From: Patescibacteria group bacterium
Lineage (GTDB): Bacteria; Patescibacteriota; Microgenomatia; UBA8517
Length of the DNA: 64,000 nt
Direction: 5' to 3'
Assembly (NCBI GenBank): GCA_035692185.1
Contig: DASSIE010000028.1
Coordinates: 4,922-68,921 of the forward strand
Below are positions 27,892 to 37,845 of this stretch, piece by piece. The notes below the pieces were generated by a model. It worked only from the letters and a program-made list of their open reading frames with translations. It did not search any database and was not told the DNA's origin. Position numbers and translations under genes: made by a program. Every line of letters begins with the position of its first letter. Within the stretch, counting starts at the first letter, position 1.

Positions 27892-28761
27892 CTAGGCCTG
27901 GCAAACCGGGCAAACATAAGTTCCACGGCCTCCAAGAAAATATTTTTCAAATACCGCTTTGTGACACCTCTCGCACGGTTCTCCTGTATGGCCGTATGCC
28001 AATGTATGATTTTGATACTGCCCTTCCCGTCCGTCAGGAGTAACAAAAGCAAGTTCGCTTGCTCCGCCATATTTAAGTCCTGCTTTAAGAACTGTTATTA
28101 TTGCTTCATACAATTCTTTTTGTTTTTTTGGTTGTAAGTCGTTAGCTGGTTGTCGGGGGTTGATGGCTGCAAGCCACAAAGCATCTGTTGCATAAATATT
28201 CCCGATTCCCCCCATTTTGGTTTGATCCATAATCACAATTTTCACTGGGCGTTTTGTTTTACTCAAAAGTTTTCTAAATAAGTCGAGCGTAAGGGCCTGC
28301 CCCGCAAAGCCTTTGGCGACGTGGGGTTCCGGGCCGAGTTTAACTATAAATTTTTCTTTTTCTACATCCTCTGTCTTTTCGACGCGGATCCAACCGAAGC
28401 GACGGACATCATTATAGTAAAGTTTGCCATCACGATCTAAATTAAAAACAACCAAAGTGTGCGGTCCCGGAATTCCACCAGTAACTTTTGATGAAAGTGC
28501 TGAAGGATTTTTTAAATTTGGTCCCCTGTAAATAAACTGACCTGTTAATTTTACGTGTGTGAGAATTGAATATTTATTATCTAGATCAATTACAGAAACT
28601 TTTCCAAACCTCCTCGTCCCAATTATTTTGCCACCAATAACATCCTTTGGGTTCTCGGCAAAAGTTTTCGGATTTCGTACTTCGATATTCTCGATAGTGT
28701 GTCCAATTAAAAATTTTCCTAACTGCAATTTCATTGTTTCAACTTCTGGTAATTCAGGCAT
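27892..28761 (-). CDS. mutM: Formamidopyrimidine-DNA glycosylase (Fpg/Nei family)
   Basis: MPELPEVE N-terminus, H2TH, C-terminal zinc finger CERCH...CPVCQ. Confidence 0.85.
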   Translation of the reverse strand: MPELPEVETMKLQLGKFLIGHTIENIEVRNPKTFAENPKDVIGGKIIGTRRFGKVSVIDLDNKYSILTHVKLTGQFIYRGPNLKNPSALSSKVTGGIPGPHTLVVFNLDRDGKLYYNDVRRFGWIRVEKTEDVEKEKFIVKLGPEPHVAKGFAGQALTLDLFRKLLSKTKRPVKIVIMDQTKMGGIGNIYATDALWLAAINPRQPANDLQPKKQKELYEAIITVLKAGLKYGGASELAFVTPDGREGQYQNHTLAYGHTGEPCERCHKAVFEKYFLGGRGTYVCPVCQA

Positions 28762-28762
28762 G

Positions 28763-29332
28763 TTATAAAGTCCTTTTTGGTGTCATTAACACTCCCACAA
28801 ACGAAACTAAAGCCAACATACTCATAGCTAGAAAAAGCACACTAAATCCAAAATAAGTAACAAGTACACCTCCTAAAACAGTGGATAAGGCTACTAATAA
28901 ATTATTTATGATATTCCAATTTGAATAGTCCATAATTTCTTTGTGACCATCTAAATGTTTTGCAAAAATTGCGTTCCATGCAGGGGTACCAAGTGCTTCT
29001 CCTAATCCTAAAATAATTTGTACAATAATTAGTCCGGTAATATTTGTAACAAATAAATACCCCAGCCAAGCAATGCTTCTTACTAAAAACCCTCCAGCTA
29101 ATAGATATTCCTTTTCTTTGATTTTGTCACCATATTTAGCTACGAAGTACATAAATAAAGTTGAAGATATCATGAAGACTGCCCACGACAAACTGACTGT
29201 AACTATCTTATTATCAAAACCTTGAACATAAATTGCATAAAGTGGGCCAAATAAGGATCCACCAAAAACAAAAATCGAATTCAATGTAAATAAAGTTCTA
29301 AGTGATTTATTTATTTGCATGTTTGTTAACAA
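28763..29332 (-). CDS. Six-TM membrane protein (MFS-half-like), hypothetical
   Basis: 189 aa, hydrophobic. Confidence 0.45.
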   Translation of the reverse strand: MLTNMQINKSLRTLFTLNSIFVFGGSLFGPLYAIYVQGFDNKIVTVSLSWAVFMISSTLFMYFVAKYGDKIKEKEYLLAGGFLVRSIAWLGYLFVTNITGLIIVQIILGLGEALGTPAWNAIFAKHLDGHKEIMDYSNWNIINNLLVALSTVLGGVLVTYFGFSVLFLAMSMLALVSFVGVLMTPKRTL

Positions 29333-30416
29333 ATTCTAACATTTCTTTTTTAAAACGCTCTTTAGAAAATCTCATAGAATTTTCGATTATTTTATTTTTA
29401 TTCCATTTTGTTCTTTCTATTTTTTTGATAGCACTGTTTAATTCATCTTTATTTATTTCATTAATAAAGACTCCGGTGACGCCGTCTACAATTGTCTCTT
29501 TAAATCCTCCCCCATTAAAGGCGATTACTGGTGTTCCCGCAGCTTGAGATTCAACTACTGTCATTCCAAAGTCTTCATTTTTTGCGAGCGCCACAAATGC
29601 TTTTGCCTTTGCCATTAAAATAAATTTTTCTTCATCACTCACGAAACCCAACATCTCTACATTTCCTTTTGAATTTTTTAATTTCTCTTTAACATCAGAA
29701 AATCCGTGAGCTTCTCCAACAATTTTAAGGTTAATTCCAAAATTTCCAAAAATATTTACGGCTTCCAATATTCCTTTAGCTCCAACCAGTCTCGAAACAA
29801 TTAAGTAAAAATTCTCTTTTTGGATATTTTTTGTTTGTTTAATAATTTCCTGGACATCAATTGGAGGGTTAATTACTGTTGAATCCCGATGGTAAAATCT
29901 AGAGATGCGTTGCGCGACCTCTTGTGAGTTCGCTATAAAATAATCAACTTTCTGAGCAGATTTAAAATCAAATTTTCGCATAAAATGTCCGACAATTTTT
30001 GCATAAATTTTAACAGGCCAATATTTAGTAAACCCCACCGAAGTTTCATAACCATAAAGCCAGCGTGGTGGTGTGTGGCAGTAAACAATTACTTTTGTTT
30101 TTTCACCAACCTTAAACCCTTTTGTTATGTACCAACTAGCGGAGGCAACAACTAAATCGTATTTTGACAAATCAAAACTTCCCCAAATAACTGGTGCTAA
30201 AAATCTTAGAGGGCTGTAAAGTTTTCCAATTTTAAGAATTGGTGCAAGAAAACTTTCAATTATTTTTTTGCCACGAAATTCCTTATCCGCTGTCGAATAT
30301 GCAACTTTGAAAGCAGTATAAATAGGGGCGTCAGGAAAAAGGTTTGAAAGTTCTTTTAAAACCCTTTCCGCTCCTCCGTATTCATTTATATAATCATGTA
30401 TAATTGCAACCTTCAT
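29307..30416 (-). CDS. Glycosyltransferase family 4
   Basis: GT4 signature EDFGMTVVESQAAGTPVIA. Confidence 0.8.
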   Translation of the reverse strand: MKVAIIHDYINEYGGAERVLKELSNLFPDAPIYTAFKVAYSTADKEFRGKKIIESFLAPILKIGKLYSPLRFLAPVIWGSFDLSKYDLVVASASWYITKGFKVGEKTKVIVYCHTPPRWLYGYETSVGFTKYWPVKIYAKIVGHFMRKFDFKSAQKVDYFIANSQEVAQRISRFYHRDSTVINPPIDVQEIIKQTKNIQKENFYLIVSRLVGAKGILEAVNIFGNFGINLKIVGEAHGFSDVKEKLKNSKGNVEMLGFVSDEEKFILMAKAKAFVALAKNEDFGMTVVESQAAGTPVIAFNGGGFKETIVDGVTGVFINEINKDELNSAIKKIERTKWNKNKIIENSMRFSKERFKKEMLEFVNKHANK

Positions 30417-30422
30417 ATATTT

Positions 30423-31382
30423 TTAAAGTAGACTCATTTGTTTTTCATCTTCAATTTTTTTACTAACTGCAATAATTCTCTGGGTTAGGGTTTTGAACCC
30501 AAACTTTTCGGTAAACAATTTAATTACTTCAGGAGAACCCAGATTCCACTTTTCCATTTCATTAAAATCAATTTTAACAGGAACATTTGTTACTATAGTT
30601 GCGAGTTTAAAAGAAAGAAATCCTGATTCTTTTCCCTTTTCTAATTTTTCTTTAGTTTTGCCGGTAATTTTATCAAGATGCTTGTAAATATTTTCGAAAT
30701 CGCCATATTCACTTAAAAGTGTAATTGCAGTTTTCGGTCCAATTCCAGGAACTCCAAAATAATTATCTGATGCGTCCCCAACCAAACCTTTGTAATCAGG
30801 GATTAATTTTGGAACAACTCCCATCCGCTCCACAGTTTCTTTATCTCCGTATAATTTTGCGTTGATAAGCCCCGCAATAGGCATATATAGTTTTATTCCA
30901 AGTTTGTCATCTACCAACTGAAGGATATCTCGATCTCCTGTTGCGATTACAACCCCGTCAATAGTCGACAGACTACGGTCTACGGCTTTTTTATTGCTAT
31001 GGTCGGTAGTCTGTAGTCCGACAGCAGTACTAGCAATTGTTCCAATTACATCATCCGCTTCATATCCGCCCATTGAGTAAACAGGAATTTTGGCTGTTTT
31101 TAAAAACTCACGTGCTTTCACAAATTGGCTAACGAGTTCCATTACCATTGGAGGTCTTTGGGCTTGATATGTTGGTAGCTCCTTTTGCCTAAATGTTTTT
31201 TCTTTTTCGTCAAAACAAATGGCAAGATGTGTGGGTTTAACATCTTGAATAATTTTTAGAAGCATACTAACAAGTCCGTGGACAGCATTAATAGGTTCTC
31301 CTTTGGGGGTAGAAAGTGGTGGCATTGCATGAAACGCTCTGTGCATAATCGCATTTCCATCAACAATTACAAGTTTGCTCAT
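30423..31382 (-). CDS. Stand-alone 5'-3' exonuclease (Pol I N-terminal/FEN-like domain)
   Basis: MSKLVIVDGNAIMHRAFHA..., H3TH region GIPGIGPKTA. Confidence 0.85.
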   Translation of the reverse strand: MSKLVIVDGNAIMHRAFHAMPPLSTPKGEPINAVHGLVSMLLKIIQDVKPTHLAICFDEKEKTFRQKELPTYQAQRPPMVMELVSQFVKAREFLKTAKIPVYSMGGYEADDVIGTIASTAVGLQTTDHSNKKAVDRSLSTIDGVVIATGDRDILQLVDDKLGIKLYMPIAGLINAKLYGDKETVERMGVVPKLIPDYKGLVGDASDNYFGVPGIGPKTAITLLSEYGDFENIYKHLDKITGKTKEKLEKGKESGFLSFKLATIVTNVPVKIDFNEMEKWNLGSPEVIKLFTEKFGFKTLTQRIIAVSKKIEDEKQMSLL

Positions 31383-31403
31383 GTGCATATTGTATCAGAA
31401 GTA

Positions 31404-33281
31404 CTATTTTTTGACCCCAACTATCTTTTCAAATTCATCCCTATCTAAAGTCTCCTTTTCAAGAAGTTCTTTAGAAACTCTGTCTAACAATTTTCTCTTT
31501 TCTTTTATTAATTTTACGGCTTGTTTGTGACAAGCATCCAAAATCTTTTTAACTTCGTTGTCAATTTTCTCCATAAAAGATTGAGAATTCTTGGCCGACT
31601 CATACCACTCAGCTTGGCCAAAATCTCCCATTCCACTTTCATCCCCCAAATTAATAGTGCCTAAGTCGCTCATTCCCCATTCAGTAACCATTGCTTTTGC
31701 AATCCTTGTAGCTTGGGAAATATCGTTACTAGCTCCTGATGTCATTTCATTAAATACAATTTCTTCAGCTGCCCTGCCCCCAAGCATTACTGTAATTTGC
31801 TCCAAGAGTCTTGTTTTGGTCTCATGTGATCTTTCTGTAACTTGTGGAGTAAATGTGTGTCCCAGACTCATTCCACGAGCAACGATCGATATCCTATGAA
31901 CTGGGTCGGTGTGTGGCAAGAAATGGGAAAGAAGCCCGTGACCAGCTTCGTGGTAGGCAGTAATTTTTTTATCTTCATCGGTCTGAAGTCTCTTTTTAGC
32001 AGGTCCTAATTTAACTTTTGTTGCAGCTTCTTCAATATCTATCATTGTAATTTCAGTTTTGTCACTCCTTGCGGCTCCAATTGCAGATTCGTTTAACATG
32101 TTTTCAAGGTCCGCACCAGAAAACCCAACAGTACGGTCGGCAACACGACTCCAATCTATCTTTTTGCCTAATTTCTTGCCTCGTGCGTGAATTAACAAAA
32201 TTGCGAGTCTACCTTCTTTATCAGGCATATCCAGCACTACTCGCCTATCAAACCTTCCGGGTCTTAAAAGTGCGGGGTCTAACAAGTCACCTCGATTAGT
32301 AGCCGCTAGTACCACAACATTATCGTTTGGAGTAAAACCATCCATCTCAACTAAAATTTGGTTTAAAGTTTGCTCACGTTCATCGTGCCCGCCCATCATG
32401 CTTTTACCTCTTTGGCGGCCAATGGCATCAATCTCGTCAATAAAAATAATTGCCGGTGCTGCTGCTTTGGCTTGTCCAAATAAGTCTCGTACACGGGAAG
32501 CTCCCACTCCAACCAACATTTCCATAAACTCGCTTCCCGCCATACTAAAAAATGGAACACCAGCTTCTCCTGCTACGGCTTTTGCAAGAAGTGTTTTCCC
32601 AACTCCTGCTGGCCCAAAAAGAAGTGCTCCTTTAGGGGTTCGTGCACCCATTTTATTATATTTTGCTGGATTTTTTAAGAAATCAACTAATTCTTCGAGT
32701 TCCTTTTTGGCTTCATCTACCCCCGCAACGTCTTTAAAGGTCACGTCCTGTTTACCCTTTGCAAAAACTTTAGCTCTACTTCTTCCAAAAGAAAAGATAT
32801 CCTGTGCACCTTTGTTTTGAGCCTTCATGATATAGAAGAAGAATGCCCCCATCAATAATACTGGAATAAGTATCCCTGCTATTTCCCCAAAAGTTTTTGC
32901 GAGAGACTCATCAAGGACTGAAAATTTAACGGTTGACGGGTCAATTCCGGAATCTTTTAGCAAGTTTGAAAACCCTTCAACGCTCTCTTTTGTAGAAAGT
33001 TTGATACTACCGTCTTTGTAGTTTATAACCAATTTATCACTTTCGATCATTACTTTATCCACTTTGTTTTGTTTAACGTCAGACAAAACTTGGGATATAT
33101 CAACTTTATTAGAAGATCCGAACATTTGAAGACTGGTTATTATTATTGGAACGACAAAGAATATAACAAACAAAGCCCCAGCAATTGTCCAAAGATTTAT
33201 TTTTAATTTAACCTGAACTGGTTTTTTGTGTTTGGAGGCACTTTTACTTTCTTTTTGACTGAATAATTTTCTAGGATCCAT
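31404..33281 (-). CDS. ftsH: ATP-dependent zinc metalloprotease FtsH
   Basis: AAA Walker A GPAGVGKT, SRH, Zn motif HEAGH. Confidence 0.9.
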   Translation of the reverse strand: MDPRKLFSQKESKSASKHKKPVQVKLKINLWTIAGALFVIFFVVPIIITSLQMFGSSNKVDISQVLSDVKQNKVDKVMIESDKLVINYKDGSIKLSTKESVEGFSNLLKDSGIDPSTVKFSVLDESLAKTFGEIAGILIPVLLMGAFFFYIMKAQNKGAQDIFSFGRSRAKVFAKGKQDVTFKDVAGVDEAKKELEELVDFLKNPAKYNKMGARTPKGALLFGPAGVGKTLLAKAVAGEAGVPFFSMAGSEFMEMLVGVGASRVRDLFGQAKAAAPAIIFIDEIDAIGRQRGKSMMGGHDEREQTLNQILVEMDGFTPNDNVVVLAATNRGDLLDPALLRPGRFDRRVVLDMPDKEGRLAILLIHARGKKLGKKIDWSRVADRTVGFSGADLENMLNESAIGAARSDKTEITMIDIEEAATKVKLGPAKKRLQTDEDKKITAYHEAGHGLLSHFLPHTDPVHRISIVARGMSLGHTFTPQVTERSHETKTRLLEQITVMLGGRAAEEIVFNEMTSGASNDISQATRIAKAMVTEWGMSDLGTINLGDESGMGDFGQAEWYESAKNSQSFMEKIDNEVKKILDACHKQAVKLIKEKRKLLDRVSKELLEKETLDRDEFEKIVGVKK

Positions 33282-33305
33282 ATCAAGAGCGTCAATTGTA
33301 CTACA

Positions 33306-33695
33306 TTACCTCACTTTTGTCCCGTTAGGAACGATCTCGGGAAGTTGGAAAAGGATTGTTGGAGTTTCTTCATCTTCTTTTGGTACCGCCATTATCATCA
33401 TAACTTCTGACAATTCTTTGTCTGGCCCAATAGTTCTGGGTTTTAAGTTAACAACAAATGGAAATTGTTTGCCCTCAAGTTCTTCTGGCTTAAAAAACTT
33501 CATAATTCCAGAGAAACAGACACGTGTTTCTCTGCCCTCCGAAGCTTCAGCGAAGGACGGGCCGAAATCAACAACCAACTTCATAACCCAATGGCTCCAT
33601 TCAGGAACATCGGCTTTTACAACTGTTCCAATTCGGATATCTACTGCCTCAAATTGATCGAAGGTTATGGTTTTATCATTCAGTATTTGATCCAT
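33306..33695 (-). CDS. tRNA-binding OB-fold protein (CsaA/Trbp111-like)
   Basis: DIRIGTVVKAD...KLVVDFG...CFSGIM...NLKPRTIG. Confidence 0.7.
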   Translation of the reverse strand: MDQILNDKTITFDQFEAVDIRIGTVVKADVPEWSHWVMKLVVDFGPSFAEASEGRETRVCFSGIMKFFKPEELEGKQFPFVVNLKPRTIGPDKELSEVMMIMAVPKEDEETPTILFQLPEIVPNGTKVR

Positions 33696-33707
33696 TGTGT
33701 GAAGGTT

Positions 33708-34709
33708 TTAAACCTTGAAATAATCTATCTTCATAGCTTTCCTTACCTTTTCCATTGTTTGTTTCGCAACTTCACGAGTTTTTGTTGTTCCTTCTTGTAA
33801 AATTTTATCCAACCTTGCCTCATCTTTTGTAAATTCTATTCTTCTTTCCCTGATCGGCTTTAAGAAATTATTGAGTGCAACAAAAAGTTTTTCTTTAACT
33901 TCAACGTCCCCCACCTGCCCTTTTTGATATCTATTTTTAAGATCTTTCACTTCTTCCTCATTTGGATTAAAAACATCATGATAAATAAAAACTGGGTTCC
34001 CTTCTATCTTGCCTGGATCTGTTGGGTGAATTCGACTAGGGTCTGTATACATTCCCATAACCTTCTTCTTGAGCTCCTCCTCGGAGTCACTCAAGTAAAT
34101 TGCATTTCCCAAACTTTTACCCATTTTGCTGTTTCCATCAATCCCTGGTAACCGTTTAACATCCCCAACCAAGGCTTCTGGTTCTACAAACACCTCACCA
34201 TATAAAGAATTAAACTTTCTTACAATTTCCCTGGTTTGCTCGATCATTGGCAATTGATCTTCCCCTACTGGAACCAAGTTAGCATTCAAAAAAGTGATGT
34301 CGGCGGCTTGTGAAACTGGGTACATTGCAAATCCTGCGGGAAGTGACTTCTCAAACCCTTTCTGTTTTATTTCATCTTTAACAGTTGGATTCCTTAACAC
34401 CCTCTCCAGAGTTACCAGATTAAGATAAAAAATAGTTAACTCGGCAATTTCAGGTATTAAAGACTGGATGAAAATTGTGGTTTTAGCAGGATCAATTCCA
34501 ACAGCAAGGTAATCAAGCAAAACTTCTTTTACGCTAGCTCTAACTTTTTCAGGATTATCAAAGTTATCAGTTAAGGCTTGAACGTCAGCAATCATCACAA
34601 ATTGTTCGTATTCATCTTGAAGTTTTACTCTATTTTTCAAGCTTCCTACAAAGTGTCCCAGATGCATTTTTCCTGTTGGTCTGTCACCGGTTAAAATTCG
34701 TTTCTTCAT
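33708..34709 (-). CDS. trpS: Tryptophan--tRNA ligase
   Basis: HIGH-type GKMHLGH, KMSKS as KMGKS, 333 aa. Confidence 0.9.
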   Translation of the reverse strand: MKKRILTGDRPTGKMHLGHFVGSLKNRVKLQDEYEQFVMIADVQALTDNFDNPEKVRASVKEVLLDYLAVGIDPAKTTIFIQSLIPEIAELTIFYLNLVTLERVLRNPTVKDEIKQKGFEKSLPAGFAMYPVSQAADITFLNANLVPVGEDQLPMIEQTREIVRKFNSLYGEVFVEPEALVGDVKRLPGIDGNSKMGKSLGNAIYLSDSEEELKKKVMGMYTDPSRIHPTDPGKIEGNPVFIYHDVFNPNEEEVKDLKNRYQKGQVGDVEVKEKLFVALNNFLKPIRERRIEFTKDEARLDKILQEGTTKTREVAKQTMEKVRKAMKIDYFKV

Positions 34710-34822
34710 ACTTATGCAATATTACTTCAGATGGGGCCAAATGTGAAGGACTTGGGTGGCTGGGGAGAGATTCGACAATTCTTTAGAATTGGTTACCTAT
34801 CTCGAGATCGCGGCGATCTGTG

Positions 34823-34894
34823 TGCCAATGGAAGGAGTCGGACCTTCGACTTTTCGCTTATGAAACGAACGCTCTACCGCTGAGCTACATTGGC
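34823..34894 (-). tRNA. tRNA-Met (anticodon CAT), elongator-like
   Basis: GCCAATG acceptor, D-arm GCTCAGCGGTAGAGC, anticodon loop TTCATAA, T-arm GAAGG...CCTTC, no CCA. Confidence 0.75.
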
Positions 34895-34920
34895 TAGTCA
34901 AAAGAAGTCTTTACCTCGTG

Positions 34921-34990
34921 TTGCGGAGCCGGGAGTTGAACCCGGTCTGAGAGATTATGAGCCTCCCGTGCAGCCGTACACTACCCCGCA
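34921..34990 (-). tRNA. Second tRNA with CAT anticodon (Met, initiator or Ile2 not resolvable by eye)
   Basis: Anticodon stem-loop GGAGG-CTCATAA-TCTCT, T-arm CCGGGTTCAACTCCCGG. Ends approximate. Confidence 0.65.
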
Positions 34991-35016
34991 TGTATCTTAC
35001 AAGGCTAGATTATACC

Positions 35017-35406
35017 CTAAAAAAACAGTTTTTCCCATTTTTTCCAATTGGGGTCGGGTAAAGAGTCTGTTTGGTCATCAATTTTGGGGGCAAGTTTCCT
35101 TAACATTTCTTCATCAGGGAGCACCACTACAGCCTCCCCGGTTTTTACTAATCCTAATTTATTTCTAACCTCTTTTTCTATAAAATGGGTGGTTTGGGTG
35201 GCCTCTATTTGCTTTTCTAATCTTCGATTTTCTTCTTCAATTTTGACTAGCCTTTCTTGCTCATTTTTGATATTAGCCCTAACCGAGGCTACCTTACCAA
35301 TATTCCTAACAGTAGAAAGTGATAAAAGGCCTATAATTAGCCATATTCCATATCCTGTCCACTTTTTTAGGTAAAGGTTTGTGAAAGTAACGATCTTCTT
35401 TTCCAT
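35017..35406 (-). CDS. FtsB/DivIC-like septum formation initiator
   Basis: N-terminal TM plus coiled-coil (QERLVKIEEENRRLEKQIEA). Confidence 0.6.
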   Translation of the reverse strand: MEKKIVTFTNLYLKKWTGYGIWLIIGLLSLSTVRNIGKVASVRANIKNEQERLVKIEEENRRLEKQIEATQTTHFIEKEVRNKLGLVKTGEAVVVLPDEEMLRKLAPKIDDQTDSLPDPNWKKWEKLFF

Positions 35407-35489
35407 TTTTAAATTACATCCTGTAATAATTGACTATTCTCATTTTAAGCGTATAATTAGATCTTGTCGAACTGTTTAACGTCTAAATT

Positions 35490-36353
35490 ATGACACAAGA
35501 TCCGATCAAAAACCTGCTTCCAAAATTTATAGAATCCCTAAAAGTTAAGGGGCGTTCTCCTGCGACTATTCTTGCCTACAGAAGCGACCTTGAACAGTTA
35601 ATTGACTTTTTGATCAAAAGGGAAAGAGTTTTACCTGACCAAGTAAGGCCTGATGATTTGGATTCTTTCCGTGATACCTTACTTGCCGACAAATACACCC
35701 CAAAATCAGTTTCCAGGAAGCTAAATGCGGTTAAAACCTTCTTTAGATGGATGATTGATCAAAATTTAGTACTTTCCGATTCATCCTCATCTGTTGCTCA
35801 CCCTAAAATTGACAGCGTCATGCCTAAATTTTTGTCTCAACTTGAGTACCGCGCTTTAAGAGACGTTGTAAGAAGTGACATCAGAATTGCAGCCATAATT
35901 GAGCTTATTTTGCAAACCGGACTAAGGATTTCTGAGGTTGCAAACCTTAAAACTGAGCACGCAAAAGATGGTTCTTTAAAGGTTGAATCCTATGCAACCC
36001 AACCAGAAAGAAATATTCCACTCAATAAACCCGCCATGGACGTTTTGGTTTCCTATACAGCCATAAGACCAAAAGTAGACTCCCCTTTTATTTTTATCAG
36101 CAAAAACGGTAAACCTTTGGCTGTCAGGAACATCAGGGCCTCAATTTCTAGATACATTCAAAGGGCAGAATTACCCAACTATTCGGTTAATGACTTAAGA
36201 ACAACCTTTATAGTAGAAAACCTTAAAAATGGAGTTGATTTAGTTCTTCTTTCTCAAGTTTCTGGGCACAAAAGACTCTCAACTACTGAGCGTTATTTGG
36301 AACTTGCTCAAATTACTGAGCCTGGTAAGAAACAGATTTTAATCGAACTTTAA
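35490..36353 (+). CDS. Tyrosine recombinase, XerC/XerD-like (phage integrase family)
   Basis: Catalytic R...HxxR...Y (LSQVSGHKRLSTTERYL), N-terminal SAM-like domain. Confidence 0.8.
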   Translation: MTQDPIKNLLPKFIESLKVKGRSPATILAYRSDLEQLIDFLIKRERVLPDQVRPDDLDSFRDTLLADKYTPKSVSRKLNAVKTFFRWMIDQNLVLSDSSSSVAHPKIDSVMPKFLSQLEYRALRDVVRSDIRIAAIIELILQTGLRISEVANLKTEHAKDGSLKVESYATQPERNIPLNKPAMDVLVSYTAIRPKVDSPFIFISKNGKPLAVRNIRASISRYIQRAELPNYSVNDLRTTFIVENLKNGVDLVLLSQVSGHKRLSTTERYLELAQITEPGKKQILIEL

Positions 36354-36538
36354 GGAGTTTTAGTTTTCTGATAAACAGGGGTATCACTTTCACCAATTCC
36401 CCCTTCGAGGTCTTCCAACTGTTCCATAGTCTCTGAGAACCGTGCTACTTCATCTGAACTAAATGTATCACCAATTTGCTTTTTTAAATCTTCAAGAGCT
36501 TCAATTTGTTCTGCTACTGAGGATTCAGCTTTTGCCAT
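36350..36538 (-). CDS. Small acidic hypothetical protein
   Basis: 62 aa, E/D-rich. Confidence 0.35.
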   Translation of the reverse strand: MAKAESSVAEQIEALEDLKKQIGDTFSSDEVARFSETMEQLEDLEGGIGESDTPVYQKTKTP

Positions 36539-36594
36539 ATTTTGCCTATGTTACTCCCCTAGAAAATGAAAATCAAATTTAGTTTTGTCGGAAC

Positions 36595-37023
36595 TTAATT
36601 CTCCGGGGGAACAAATTTTCCAGAGCTATTTTTAAATCCACTTGTTTTAACTTCATCTTTATATCCCATCTTTTCAGACAACTCATTCCAAACACCGATA
36701 TATCCGAAGATGTATTGTTTAGAACTTATTTCTATTTCAGGATCAACAATAATAGACAAATATCCCCAATTTCCAGCATCATCCACATTAATCTCTTTGT
36801 AGTAAACCTCGGGTTTGTGTTCTCTTATTATATTTTCAAACTGCTCCTCTGAAGGTTCAAAAACCAGAACCGGTCCACCCTGTTTAAAATCAGAGAATAA
36901 AACATTTCTTTTACACCCAACTAGATCGAATTTTTTCTCGATTTCAGCGATTTTTCCACGCATTTCTTCCGAATTTAATCTTTTTTCTAAATCTGCGACC
37001 AACATATCCCTTTTTTCTGTCAT
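36595..37023 (-). CDS. Hypothetical protein
   Basis: 142-aa ORF starting 5 nt after the tRNA-Ile 3' end. Confidence 0.45.
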   Translation of the reverse strand: MTEKRDMLVADLEKRLNSEEMRGKIAEIEKKFDLVGCKRNVLFSDFKQGGPVLVFEPSEEQFENIIREHKPEVYYKEINVDDAGNWGYLSIIVDPEIEISSKQYIFGYIGVWNELSEKMGYKDEVKTSGFKNSSGKFVPPEN

Positions 37024-37027
37024 TTTG

Positions 37028-37099
37028 TAGGCCTGGATGGAGTCGAACCATCGTCTAAATTTTATAAGAATTTCGTCCTAACCGTTGAACGACAGGCCT
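37028..37099 (-). tRNA. tRNA-Ile (anticodon TAT, reads AUA)
   Basis: AGGCCTG acceptor, anticodon stem-loop AAATT-CTTATAA-AATTT, T-arm GATGGTTCGACTCCATC, no CCA. Confidence 0.7.
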
Positions 37100-37125
37100 A
37101 TTTAGGTTGAGGCTATTATACCAGA

Positions 37126-37791
37126 TTATCCCTTTTCGTAATAATCTGAAATCGCACGAATCGCCATCATTATATTTTCCTTTTCTACCGTCTTAAAAAC
37201 AGAGACTGTACACGTACCATGACCAAAACCTTTTTGGCTAATTTTTGCTACCAATGATTTCTTAATATAAGGTTTAGAAAATTGACTACTTTCTATATTC
37301 AAGACTTTTGACCAATATTCTGTTTCTAATTTAATATTCATATCACTATATAAATGCAATCTAATATGGATTTTGTCTCCCAGGAAACCCAGACAATCTT
37401 TAAACCACTGTATTGTAAACTTAATAACATCAGGATCTGTATTGGCTATGCTGATTGTATTATTGCTAACTTTGTTTCCCTCTCCCCAATACAAAAAGAG
37501 TCCAGCTAAAAACTTTTCTCTTTCTGTAAGAGGTATCCACTTTTTAATCTGATTTTTATAATATCCGCTTAATCTATCTTTTCGTTTTTTCTTCATTGCA
37601 CTCTTATACCTCTCTACTGCTCTGACCTTCTTCATTTTTAAGCCTGCAACCTGTTTATTTGTTAACACGATGTCCCTCAACCAAAGACTAAGTGAACTCT
37701 TTGAAACTTTGATAATCTTCCTGATCTCAGAATAACTCTTACCAGTTTTTCTGAGATCAACAACTTTTCTTTTAGTTAGTAACTTAGTCAT
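37126..37791 (-). CDS. N-terminal HTH plus LAGLIDADG-like (FLAGLFLYWGEGNK) domain protein, putative homing-endonuclease-like or regulator
   Basis: HTH LTKRKVVDLRKTGKSYSEIRKII. Single LAGLIDADG-type motif. Confidence 0.5.
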   Translation of the reverse strand: MTKLLTKRKVVDLRKTGKSYSEIRKIIKVSKSSLSLWLRDIVLTNKQVAGLKMKKVRAVERYKSAMKKKRKDRLSGYYKNQIKKWIPLTEREKFLAGLFLYWGEGNKVSNNTISIANTDPDVIKFTIQWFKDCLGFLGDKIHIRLHLYSDMNIKLETEYWSKVLNIESSQFSKPYIKKSLVAKISQKGFGHGTCTVSVFKTVEKENIMMAIRAISDYYEKG

Positions 37792-37845
37792 AATCGAACC
37801 TTAGTTTATTATCACAGAAAGTAAATCCTAATGTCAAATGAAGTC

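Noticed and set aside
34745-34822. Possible third tRNA or T-box-like element between trpS and tRNA-Met (hairpin CAATT-CTTTAGA-AATTG; GGGTGG motif; palindromes atctcgagat and gatcgcggcgatc)
   Set aside because: No acceptor, D-arm or T-arm could be folded on either strand. The GGGTGG motif lies antisense to trpS, and the leader is far too short for a T-box. More likely these are promoter or processing palindromes.
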